Source of the DNA: an uncultured Myxococcales bacterium
GTDB taxonomy: Bacteria; Myxococcota_A; Polyangia; Polyangiales; Houyiibacteriaceae
Length of the DNA stretch: 35,290 nucleotides
Direction of reading: 5' to 3'
NCBI GenBank assembly: GCA_965365555.1
Contig: CBDUCC010000001.1
Span: 1-35,290 of the forward strand
The number at the start of each line of letters is the position of its first letter. Positions within the stretch are counted from its first letter, which is position 1. Below, in pieces: positions 24,775 through 32,954 of this stretch. The notes under the pieces were generated by a model that ran no database searches, was not told where the DNA came from, and saw only the letters and a list, made by a program, of their open reading frames with translations. The position numbers and the translations under genes were made by a program.

Positions 24775-25740
24775 CTAGTCCTCGACGCCGGTTGCCTCTT
24801 TGATCGCCTTCGGGCTCAGCGTCTTGCAAACGAACGTGTGAACATCCCAGAGGTCGCGCGGGCGCTGCCCGGCTTCCTGCAAGAGCTCCATCGTCTTCTT
24901 TGCGGCCTGATTGAACTGCTCGTACGTCGTTGCATTCGGCGTCGTGTCGTACTTCGGGTCGATGTCGAGGATCAGCGCCTGCTTCTTGAAGAAGGTCGGC
25001 TTCACGAACACGTGATCGGCCGGGTAGACGAGTGCTGGAAGCAGCGTCGCCAGCGGCCAGGTCGCGCCCCCTTCGATATCCAGTGCCGCCACGAGCGAAT
25101 CGAAGCGGATCGGATAGGTCCGCTCGCCGTAGAGCAGCTCGTAGAGCGACTGCGCAAAAGTCTCTCGCATGTCCTCAGGCATGTTCTTGAAGCGCGTGGC
25201 TTCGGCCTTCTGCGTGGTGCTCTTCGTGCTTGTCAGAAACTCGAAGATCATCTGGTGGAAGTCCTCGTAGTTGCCAGCATCGATCAGCTCCTGCAGGTTC
25301 TTCTGCGAAAGGAGATCTTCGGCCCGTTCGAGGGCGGCTTCCTTGAGCTTCTCCGCTCCCTTGGTGCCGGGCACGCCGCGCTCGGCCTTGATGTAGCTCT
25401 CGTCTTCGAAGCCGACGGGGTAGAGCTTCATGAAGTAGGCGACCTGCTGTGCGAAGGAGATGTCCGGTTTCTTCGGGGGCGCCTTCGACTTGCGGCTGGA
25501 GCCCGGCGGGGGCGCCTGGTTCCGGCGGGCGAGCCGATCGATGCGGACGGCCTCGTTGGTCTGCACCTCGATGATCTCCATCTTGTGCCAGTAATCGGGG
25601 CGGAAGCTGCGCTCTGCTCCATCTTCGAAGAGGAAAGTGCGCATGTCCGGGATCTCCAACACCAGCACCGAGCGCCCCCAGTCCTTGCGGCTGACGTGCT
25701 CGAAAATTCGCGGTGGGACGGAAGGATTAGTCTCTGCCAT
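24775..25740 (-). CDS. Hypothetical protein, 321 aa, no family recognised
   Basis: High-GC3 ORF ending 9 nt upstream of the epimerase start. It has an N-terminal beta-like region, a basic Pro-rich linker (RRNQAPPPGSSRKSKAPPKKPD) and a helical C-terminal domain (YELLYGERTYPIRFDSLVAAL...WPLATLLPALVYPADHVFVKP). Confidence 0.6.
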   Translation of the reverse strand: MAETNPSVPPRIFEHVSRKDWGRSVLVLEIPDMRTFLFEDGAERSFRPDYWHKMEIIEVQTNEAVRIDRLARRNQAPPPGSSRKSKAPPKKPDISFAQQVAYFMKLYPVGFEDESYIKAERGVPGTKGAEKLKEAALERAEDLLSQKNLQELIDAGNYEDFHQMIFEFLTSTKSTTQKAEATRFKNMPEDMRETFAQSLYELLYGERTYPIRFDSLVAALDIEGGATWPLATLLPALVYPADHVFVKPTFFKKQALILDIDPKYDTTPNATTYEQFNQAAKKTMELLQEAGQRPRDLWDVHTFVCKTLSPKAIKEATGVED

Positions 25741-25907
25741 CGATTACAGTTCCTCGAGAATCGGGTGGAAGCGGGCCTCGGAGCCGCGAAAAACGAGCCG
25801 GTCGTGTATCACGGACCCGACGCTCTTGCATCCGCTTGCGGTCGCCAGGGTGTAGCCGTACGAGCACTGTCCTGCAAGGTCCCGTTCTCATTGACGTTTG
25901 AGGAGCT

Positions 25908-28307
25908 ATGACATCGTACGATGCTGCGCGAGTTGGGCTCGCGGCCATGATCCTCTGGTGGGCGGTCTTCGGTTCCGCCTGTGATCGGCCGACGGCACCG
26001 GAATCGAACGGCTTGCCGGAGGCGACCGTCGCTTCGGCCAGCAACCCCAAGCTCCCCGGGTTCGATCGGGTGGATGCCGAGCTTCAGGCCCGGCTCGAGG
26101 CCGCGGTTCGAGCGAAGGGCCCAGACTACCGGCCGCGTACCGAGCATCTGCGGTCGGATGGAAGCCCCGAGTTCACCAATCGTCTGATCGAGCAGTCGAG
26201 CCCGTACCTATTGCAGCATGCTCACAATCCGGTGAGCTGGTACCCATGGTCCGACGAGGCGTTTGAGCGCGCCAGGCGCGAAAACAAGCCGGTGTTTCTC
26301 TCGGTGGGATACTCGACCTGTCATTGGTGCCACGTCATGGAACGCGAGTCGTTCGAAGACGAGGAGATCGCCGCCCTTCTCAACCGGCACTTCATCGCGA
26401 TCAAGGTCGACCGCGAGGAGCGGCCCGACGTCGACAGTGTCTACATGACGGCGGTCAATCTCCTCACGGGTCGAGGTGGCTGGCCCATGACGGTGATCAT
26501 GACCCCCGACAAGGAGCCCTTCTTCGGCGGAACCTACTTCCCGCCGCGCCCTGGCGTCCGAGGCGCTCGGACGGGTTTGATCGACATCTTGAACGAGATG
26601 CAGGCCCGGTATCGAGATGACCCTGGCTCCGTCGCTGCCCGTGCGCAGGAGATCAGTCAGCAGGTCGAGCGCGCCTCCTTCCTTCAGCCTGGCCCTGGTG
26701 TGCCGAGCGACACGACGATCGTGGTCGCGACGAACCAGCTCGCCGCTCGGTTCGATCGCGTCGATGGCGGATTCACCGGGGCGCCGAAGTTCCCCCAGCC
26801 TGCTCGGCTCACCCTCCTACTCCGCTATGCGCGCCGGAGCGGCGATCGGGGCGCAGCGGCGATGGTCATGACCACACTCGACCGTATGGCTGCAGGCGGA
26901 ATCTACGACCATGTGGGCGGCGGCTTCCACCGGTACTCGACCGATGCCAAGTGGCTCGTGCCTCACTTCGAGAAGATGCTCTACGACAACGCACAGCTCG
27001 CGGCACTGTACATCGAGGCCTGGCAATGGAGCGGAGACCCACGTCACGCGCGCGTGGCGAGGGAGATTCTCGACTACGTCCTCCGCGAAATGACCTCGGC
27101 CGACGACGCGTTCTTCTCGGCGACGGACGCGGACAGCCCCACACCAAGAGGTGATGAAGAGGAGGGCTGGTTCTTCACCTGGACGCCAGACGAGCTCCTG
27201 CGCGCGCTAGGGCCAGAAGAGGCCGATTTAGTCTCCGATGCCTATGGCGTGAGCCCTCAGGGAAACTTCGAGGGACGAAACATCCTCCATCGCGTCAAGA
27301 GCGATCAAGAGCTCGCCAAGCAGCGCCGCACATCCGCCGGTGCGGTCGCCGAGCGACTCTCCGGCGCGCGGGCTCGTCTCTACAAAGCGCGCTCCAAGCG
27401 GCTTCCACCCCTTCGCGACGACAAGATCATTGCGGCATGGAACGGGCTCATGATTTCAGCGTTGGCTCGGGCCGGGTGGGCGCTTGCCGAGGATCGATAC
27501 GTCGATGCCGCCTCCCGTGCGGCACACTTCGTGCTCGACAGAATGCGTGACCCGTCGGATCGGCTCGTTCGAACCTCCCGGGATGGCGCGCACTCCGGCC
27601 TGGCGTTCCTCGATGATCATGCCTTCATGGTTGCCGCCTGCCTCGACCTCTACGAGACGACCGGTGATCCTGCATGGCTCGAGTCCGCGCTGGCTCTTCA
27701 GCGGGATCAGGACGAGTGGTTCTCCGACCCGAGTGGCGGCTATTTTCTCGCGGCAAGCGACGCTGAGGATCTGCTGGTACGCGAGAAGCCGATCTACGAC
27801 GGAGCGGTACCCTCCGGCAATTCGGCGGCGGCTGGCAACCTGCTTCGCCTCCACGACCTCACCGCTCAGACCGAGTGGCGAACCCGGGCAGAGCGCTTGT
27901 TCGCCTCGGTCTCTCTGCGGCTCACTCGCGCGCCAACCGGATCGCCCCTCCTGCTCGCAGCGCTCGACCGCTATTACGACGCGCCGCTCGAGGTCGCGAT
28001 CATCGCTCCGAAAGGCGAGCGTGACGGACTGGGATTGGCGCAAACGCTTCGCGCCAGCTACGTGCCCAACAAGGTGTTCGTGGTCCTCGATGAACCGGCA
28101 GCACTATCCCAGTCGACCCTGGTGCCCTGGCTCGAGGCGAAGCGTTCGATCGATGGACGCGCGACCGCCTACGTGTGCGAACGCGGCCGATGCGAGCTGC
28201 CGACTTCGGATCCGAACCGATTCGAAAAGCAGCTCGCAAAGCGCACGCCCTACCCGAGCTTCAGCGAAAGTGCGCCGCCCCGCTTGCCGTTCGAGAGGCC
28301 ACGATGA
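25908..28307 (+). CDS. Thioredoxin-domain protein of the DUF255/YyaL (SPATA20-like) family, with a C-terminal six-hairpin glycosidase-like domain
   Basis: [54 protein letters not shown] is the DUF255 signature, including CHWCH. The protein is about 800 aa. The N-terminal hydrophobic segment with FGSAC suggests a lipoprotein or anchored form. SD GAGGAG lies upstream. Confidence 0.9.
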   Translation: MTSYDAARVGLAAMILWWAVFGSACDRPTAPESNGLPEATVASASNPKLPGFDRVDAELQARLEAAVRAKGPDYRPRTEHLRSDGSPEFTNRLIEQSSPYLLQHAHNPVSWYPWSDEAFERARRENKPVFLSVGYSTCHWCHVMERESFEDEEIAALLNRHFIAIKVDREERPDVDSVYMTAVNLLTGRGGWPMTVIMTPDKEPFFGGTYFPPRPGVRGARTGLIDILNEMQARYRDDPGSVAARAQEISQQVERASFLQPGPGVPSDTTIVVATNQLAARFDRVDGGFTGAPKFPQPARLTLLLRYARRSGDRGAAAMVMTTLDRMAAGGIYDHVGGGFHRYSTDAKWLVPHFEKMLYDNAQLAALYIEAWQWSGDPRHARVAREILDYVLREMTSADDAFFSATDADSPTPRGDEEEGWFFTWTPDELLRALGPEEADLVSDAYGVSPQGNFEGRNILHRVKSDQELAKQRRTSAGAVAERLSGARARLYKARSKRLPPLRDDKIIAAWNGLMISALARAGWALAEDRYVDAASRAAHFVLDRMRDPSDRLVRTSRDGAHSGLAFLDDHAFMVAACLDLYETTGDPAWLESALALQRDQDEWFSDPSGGYFLAASDAEDLLVREKPIYDGAVPSGNSAAAGNLLRLHDLTAQTEWRTRAERLFASVSLRLTRAPTGSPLLLAALDRYYDAPLEVAIIAPKGERDGLGLAQTLRASYVPNKVFVVLDEPAALSQSTLVPWLEAKRSIDGRATAYVCERGRCELPTSDPNRFEKQLAKRTPYPSFSESAPPRLPFERPR

Positions 28308-28921
28308 GCCAGGACGAGCGCTGGGTACTCGCCTCCCACAACGCCGGCAAGGTGCGCGAGCTCGAGGACCTTTTCAGGGGGCTCCCCGTCGACCTCAGGC
28401 CGGCGAGCGAGCTCGATCTGCCCGAGCCCGAGGAGACGGGGTCCACCTTCGAAGCGAACGCGGAGCTCAAAGCCAAAGCGGCCGCGCGCGTCTCGGGCAC
28501 CATTGCGTTGGCGGACGATTCCGGGGTCGAAGTTCATGCGCTCGGCGGAGAGCCTGGCATTCACACTGGGCGATGGGCCGGGCCCGAGCGAGATTTCGCC
28601 GTTGCACGGCAACAAGTCGAAGAGCGACTCGCGGCGCTCGGTCCCGGCACGAGCCGACGCGCGACGTACGTCTGCGTCCTCTGCGTCGGCTGGCCCGATG
28701 GACGGACGCAATGCTTTCGTGGGGACACGCAAGGGATCCTCGTCTGGCCGATCCGCGGGACTCTCGGCGCCGGCTTCGAGCCGATGTTCCTTCCCGACGG
28801 CTACGCGATCACTTACGCGGAGATGACTCCGGAGCACCGCGCCCGCGTCAATGCGCGCGCTCAGGCTTTCCGCAAGCTTCGGACTCAGCTCTTTGGTCCC
28901 GACGCTACGGCCGGCACTTGA
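28304..28921 (+). CDS. rdgB: Non-canonical purine NTP pyrophosphatase (RdgB/HAM1 family)
   Basis: The start ATG overlaps the upstream stop (ATGA at 28304-28307). Motifs: [46 protein letters not shown] and GAGFEPMF. Confidence 0.9.
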   Translation: MSQDERWVLASHNAGKVRELEDLFRGLPVDLRPASELDLPEPEETGSTFEANAELKAKAAARVSGTIALADDSGVEVHALGGEPGIHTGRWAGPERDFAVARQQVEERLAALGPGTSRRATYVCVLCVGWPDGRTQCFRGDTQGILVWPIRGTLGAGFEPMFLPDGYAITYAEMTPEHRARVNARAQAFRKLRTQLFGPDATAGT

Positions 28922-30197
28922 GGTCGGAGTAGGGACACACGAAACGAACATGAAGATGGTCTTCGTGGTTCGGGAAGTGTCGGATGATTCCGCGCGGCTC
29001 GTACTTGCCGCGTGGATACTGGATCCAGCGGTCGAGCTTCGACTTGCTGACGCCTTTGCGTTTCGCGTACTTGTAGAGCTTTGCCTGCAAGCGATAGTCG
29101 ATGAAGATCATCTCGGCTTGCCCGTTGCGGAGCCAGTGTTCGAGGAGTGCCCACTGCCGCGCTACGTCGAGCTCCGAGGATCGAAACTCCGCGAAACGAC
29201 AGCCGTTGACGCCGCAGGTCTCCTGGTAGTAGCTGATGTCGGCGTCCCGACCGTTTTGGTGGCTTTTGTGATCCCGTAGCGGGCCGCCGTCACGGTCGCT
29301 GATGTCGTGCACCCGGACGACTTTGGTGTGTCGGAACTTGCGATCGACAGCGTCGAACGCATCGATGATCCAGCGGATGGTCTCTTCGGTGCCGTAGGCC
29401 CGCGCCGGAGTCCGAATCACGTAGCCACGATGGGCCGGGAGTCTCTCCGGACTCTCCAGTCGGCCGCGGTTGGTCGGGCCTATCGCCTCGGAGGCGCTGA
29501 CCGGCGCCCGGCTGTAGATTCGAATCGCCGTGCCGGAGCGCGGATTCTGAGTTCCGAGGCGTTCGTTCCAGCGCAGCACGTCCTTGGTGCTGACACCGTA
29601 GCGGCGTGCCGCCGATGCAAGACTGTCGCCTCGCTCCAGTCGAAAAACGACCTGCGGTCTGGGTGAGCCCACGTCGATGGTCTGGCCGGGATAGATTCGG
29701 GTCGGTCGAAGGCCGGGGTTCGCCTTGGTGAGCTCCTCGACGGTCGTATCGTGCCGCAGAGCGATGCCGGTCAGCGTGTCGCCCTTCTGCACGGTGTACC
29801 TGCGGCCCTGCTTCTTCGACGGCTGCTTGGCTTCGGCTCTCACCGCGACTGCAGTGCTTGGATCACGAGCGGCGACGGTTTTGGGGCGCGACTCTTCGAG
29901 CGGCCGAGAGCTCTCTCCGTAGTCGAACGGAGGTGTCCAATCGATCCCATCCTCGGAACCAATTCTCTTCCGTTGCACCGGTTTCGCATCCTCGACGATC
30001 AGTCTCTGTCCGACCCGAATGAAGTCGCTCTCGAGCCCATTCCATGTCTTGATCTCTGCGACGGTCACGCCCTCGCGCTTCGCGATCGTTCCGAGCACAT
30101 CTCCGGACTGAACCACGACGCTGCGCGCATCGGCGCCCACTCGGGTCGGGGCCAGCGCGACAAGGCATAGAAGTGCCATCCCGAAAGCGCGAGACAT
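28905..30197 (-). CDS. Secreted LysM-repeat protein fused to a penicillin-insensitive murein endopeptidase (MepA/M74-like) domain
   Basis: The probable start is ATG 30197 (MSRAFGMALLCLVALAPTRVGA signal peptide), and the upstream ORF extension is Arg/Ser-rich junk. There are three LysM repeats (VVQSGDVLGTIAKREGV..., YTVQKGDTLTGIALRHDT..., RLERGDSLASAARRYGV...). M74 zinc motifs are HKSHQNGRDADISYY and NHEDHLHVRF. Confidence 0.85.
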   Translation of the reverse strand: MSRAFGMALLCLVALAPTRVGADARSVVVQSGDVLGTIAKREGVTVAEIKTWNGLESDFIRVGQRLIVEDAKPVQRKRIGSEDGIDWTPPFDYGESSRPLEESRPKTVAARDPSTAVAVRAEAKQPSKKQGRRYTVQKGDTLTGIALRHDTTVEELTKANPGLRPTRIYPGQTIDVGSPRPQVVFRLERGDSLASAARRYGVSTKDVLRWNERLGTQNPRSGTAIRIYSRAPVSASEAIGPTNRGRLESPERLPAHRGYVIRTPARAYGTEETIRWIIDAFDAVDRKFRHTKVVRVHDISDRDGGPLRDHKSHQNGRDADISYYQETCGVNGCRFAEFRSSELDVARQWALLEHWLRNGQAEMIFIDYRLQAKLYKYAKRKGVSKSKLDRWIQYPRGKYEPRGIIRHFPNHEDHLHVRFVCPYSDLKCRP

Positions 30198-30292
30198 TCC
30201 GATCCGGTGTATCGAAAATCCCTCATCAGGCCAAAAAAGCCGATGAAATGCGCGATTATGACTCCGAGCAGGAGCCTTGGTACCTTGATGCG

Positions 30293-31060
30293 ATGCGCTC
30301 GATGAACAACGTCGCGCTCCTCTTGTCGATCGGGACACTCGTCTCATTGACGTCTTGTCAGAGGGCTTCTTCACCGAGCGTAGAGTATGTTCATCCGGGA
30401 CCGCCACGCTACGAGATCGAATGTGCAGTGAGCACAGCCTGTGATGAATCCGTTGCACTACTGGTCGGACTGTCAGCGCCCGAGGAGCCGATGCGGTGTA
30501 CTGCGGCCTTGATCGGAAAGCGCGCTGCGATCACGGCCGGTCATTGCGTGGCCTCAGAGCTCTCGGCCGGCGGAAGTTGCACTGGCGTTTGGCTCGGCTT
30601 CGCCGGCCGTGAGGGTCGCCCCACGCAATGGGTCGCGTGCCGACGAATCGCAACGGCGATGACCAGTTCGCCCGCCCTCCTCTCGCCCGACTATGCGATC
30701 GTCGAGCTCGACCATGAGGTCGATCGAGCCCCCTATCCAATCGCTCGCGAGCCGGTTTCTTCCGGGCAAGTCGTTCGCATGGTGTCGGTCACGGCCGATC
30801 GCTTCTACGATCGGCTGCATCAGGTGCGCAGTCGGCGGTGCGTAGTCGACGACAACGGAAGCCTCGCGCCATGGAGTCCGAACGCGCCCCCGTCGATTCG
30901 CGTGCTCTCGTCCTGTCCGGTCGGCGCTGGCAGCTCTGGAGCGCCTGTGCTGGACCATGAGGGGCGCATGCACGGGCTGATTCACGGAGGCGGCCCCCGT
31001 TACTTCGCCTTCGGTTTGATGACTCCTCTACCGGAACCAGTCGATCGCGACGACGGCTAA
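30293..31060 (+). CDS. Trypsin-like (S1 family) serine protease, probable lipoprotein
   Basis: The catalytic triad context is present: AAITAGHCV (His), SPDYAIVELD (Asp) and GAGSSGAPVLD (Ser). The start is taken at MRSMNNVALLLSIGTLVSLTSC (lipobox-like LTSC), and the ORF-track start at 30173 precedes it. Confidence 0.7.
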   Translation: MRSMNNVALLLSIGTLVSLTSCQRASSPSVEYVHPGPPRYEIECAVSTACDESVALLVGLSAPEEPMRCTAALIGKRAAITAGHCVASELSAGGSCTGVWLGFAGREGRPTQWVACRRIATAMTSSPALLSPDYAIVELDHEVDRAPYPIAREPVSSGQVVRMVSVTADRFYDRLHQVRSRRCVVDDNGSLAPWSPNAPPSIRVLSSCPVGAGSSGAPVLDHEGRMHGLIHGGGPRYFAFGLMTPLPEPVDRDDG

Positions 31061-32275
31061 GACGGCGGCCACCCCGATCATCATCACGAGCAGACTCGCG
31101 GGCAGCGGCGGTGCCTGTGGAACCGCCCTTCGGCCTTTCGTCGTCGGGATCGCGAGGCGGTGGCGGGCGCTCGAGGCCATCGCATCGCGATGTTGTGTCG
31201 CGTCGACGAGGGCTTCGCCGCTCTGGGCGATCTCCATGAGCCTGCGTTTTCGGGATTCGCCCTCGGGGAAGAGTTCCGCCATCCACTCGGCGAGCTCCGC
31301 CGGACCGATGGGCGTGTCCTGCCTCGACAGCATGCGCCGAAGCGCCCTCCCCATCTCTCGCGCGCTCTGCCATCGCTCAGCCGGATTTCGCCGAAGAGCC
31401 TTCAGCACGATCTCGTCGAGCTCCTCAGGAATCTCGGGTCGAAACACCGATGGCGGCTGAATCTCGCTCGAGAGAACCGCGTACATCGTGTTCACGTCGC
31501 TGTCTTGGAGGAACAAGCGGCGAAGGGTGAGCAACTCCCAGAGCACGACGCCGAGCGCCCAGATGTCCACACGTCGATCGACAGCGGCTGCGGTCATCTG
31601 CTCGGGGGCCATATAGGGGAACGTACCCTTTACCTGACCCGCTTCGGTCTGATGCAGCCTCCGACGCGCATGGGCGATTCCGAAGTCCACCACCTGGGCC
31701 GTCCCGTCGTAGGTCACGAAGAGGTTCTCCGTCGAGACATCCCGATGGACCACGTGCAGTGACTCTCCTCGAGCATCCTTGAGCTCATGCGCGGCATGGA
31801 GGCCTTCGCAGGCTTGCGCGATGATGGTCGCCACCCGCGCTGGCAATTCGGGCGCGGTCCGCTGATCCAGGTTCACCATCACGCGGCGCTGCACGCGGGA
31901 GAGCGGCTCGCCTTTCAGGTACTCCATGGCGATGAAGTACTCCCCGTCGGCCTCGCCGAAATCGAAGACGCTGCAGACGTTCGGATGGGTGATGCTCGAG
32001 GCGATGCGGGCCTCGTCCAGGAACATGTCGACGTACTCCTTCTCGGAGGCCAGGTGAGGATGGATTCTCTTCAGAGCGACGAGTTTCTGAAAGTCCTGCG
32101 ACCCCTCGGTCCGCGCCAGGTAGACGCTGGCCATGCCCCCCGAGGCGAGTTGGAAGCAGAGGCGGTAGCGCCCGATGGTCGCCGGGGCCCCCCGGCGGGG
32201 CTCGACCGAGCGCCATGCCGACTTTGGGCGCACATCGAGATGCGGCGATTTCCTATTTCCGGCCACTTTCAACAT
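31028..32275 (-). CDS. Hanks-type Ser/Thr protein kinase with a C-terminal TM anchor
   Basis: Motifs: GGMASVYLA (G-loop), VALKRI (Lys), HRDVSTENL (catalytic loop), DFGIA and PYMAPEQ. The C-terminal TM segment LLVMMIGVAAVLAVVAIDWF lies 1 residue before the stop. Codons upstream of ATG 32275 are AT-rich (tta aaa tat aga tgt aat aat), so the TTG start at 32317 is rejected. Confidence 0.9.
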   Translation of the reverse strand: MLKVAGNRKSPHLDVRPKSAWRSVEPRRGAPATIGRYRLCFQLASGGMASVYLARTEGSQDFQKLVALKRIHPHLASEKEYVDMFLDEARIASSITHPNVCSVFDFGEADGEYFIAMEYLKGEPLSRVQRRVMVNLDQRTAPELPARVATIIAQACEGLHAAHELKDARGESLHVVHRDVSTENLFVTYDGTAQVVDFGIAHARRRLHQTEAGQVKGTFPYMAPEQMTAAAVDRRVDIWALGVVLWELLTLRRLFLQDSDVNTMYAVLSSEIQPPSVFRPEIPEELDEIVLKALRRNPAERWQSAREMGRALRRMLSRQDTPIGPAELAEWMAELFPEGESRKRRLMEIAQSGEALVDATQHRDAMASSARHRLAIPTTKGRRAVPQAPPLPASLLVMMIGVAAVLAVVAIDWFR

Positions 32276-32384
32276 ATTATTACATCTATATTTTAATTCC
32301 CAAGTCGATTTTACCAACTCGAAAGACAGGTTGACTCCCCTGTAGGTATACCCTATCCATTAGGGTTTCGACGGGTTCGACCTA
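32276..32384. promoter_or_regulatory. AT-rich divergent control region with sigma-70-like hexamers for both flanking genes
   Basis: For the minus-strand kinase: TTGGTA (32317-32312), N16, TAAAAT (32295-32290). For plus-strand lrp: TTGACT (32331-36), N17, TATCCA (32354-59). A tandem GGGTTTCGAC/GGGTTCGAC (32363-32381) abuts the lrp ATG. Hexamers were matched by eye only. Confidence 0.3.
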
Positions 32385-32954
32385 ATGAAGTTAGGAGAAA
32401 CATACGACCTCGATGGAATTGATCGGCAGCTCCTCAACGAGCTCCAGAGCGATTCCAAGCGCTCGCTAAAGGATATTGGCGCGGCGGTGGGCTTGAGTGC
32501 GCCTTCGGTAATGGAGCGCGTTCGCAAGCTGGAAAACGCTGGAATCATCAAGGGTTACCATGCCTTGCTCGATGCGCGGAAGGTGGGTCTGGACATCTCG
32601 GCATTCATCGGGGTCTCGATCAGCAATCCGCCCCAACTCGCGGCCTTCGAAACCTGGGTCGAGGCGATCCCCCAGATCCTCGAATGCCACCACGTCACGG
32701 GTGGCCACACTCTGCTTCTCAAGGTAAAGACGCGAAACACCGCGGATCTGGAGAAGCTGATCAGTCGCATCCGGTCCATGGAAGGGGTCGCGAGCACCGA
32801 GACCATGGTGGTGCTCTCGACCCATACCGAACGGGTAGAAGTGGCCCTACCCCCTGATGACTCCGCTCCCGATGCGCGGCGGCGCAAGCGTGCCCGCCGC
32901 AAATCCGATAAGCCCCGAACCCTCAAAGCCCCCCCAACCCTCGAAGAAGCATGA
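32385..32954 (+). CDS. Lrp/AsnC-family transcriptional regulator with a basic C-terminal extension
   Basis: The HTH region is LDGIDRQLLNELQSDSKRSLKDIGAAVGLSAPSVMERVRKLENAGIIKGY. A RAM/AsnC_trans_reg domain follows (GLDISAFIGV...GHTLLLKV...MEGVASTETMVVL). A ~35-aa tail PPDDSAPDARRRKRARRKSDKPRT lies beyond the usual end. Confidence 0.9.
   Translation: MKLGETYDLDGIDRQLLNELQSDSKRSLKDIGAAVGLSAPSVMERVRKLENAGIIKGYHALLDARKVGLDISAFIGVSISNPPQLAAFETWVEAIPQILECHHVTGGHTLLLKVKTRNTADLEKLISRIRSMEGVASTETMVVLSTHTERVEVALPPDDSAPDARRRKRARRKSDKPRTLKAPPTLEEA

Noticed and set aside
25741-25907. A possible riboswitch or sRNA in the 167-nt gap upstream of the DUF255 gene
   Set aside because: I could recognise no conserved riboswitch core or convincing stem-loop series. 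It is most simply a divergent promoter region with a GAGGAG SD.
24277-25911. A 544-aa ORF on the + strand
   Set aside because: It lies antisense to the dipeptide epimerase and the 321-aa gene, both of which have proper motifs and GC3 bias. Its translation is Arg/Leu/Gly/Pro-rich low complexity, typical of shadow ORFs in GC-rich DNA.
27484-28932. A 482-aa + strand ORF running across the DUF255 C-terminus and rdgB
   Set aside because: It is an off-frame read-through of two well-supported genes, with extreme Arg/Ser/Pro content.
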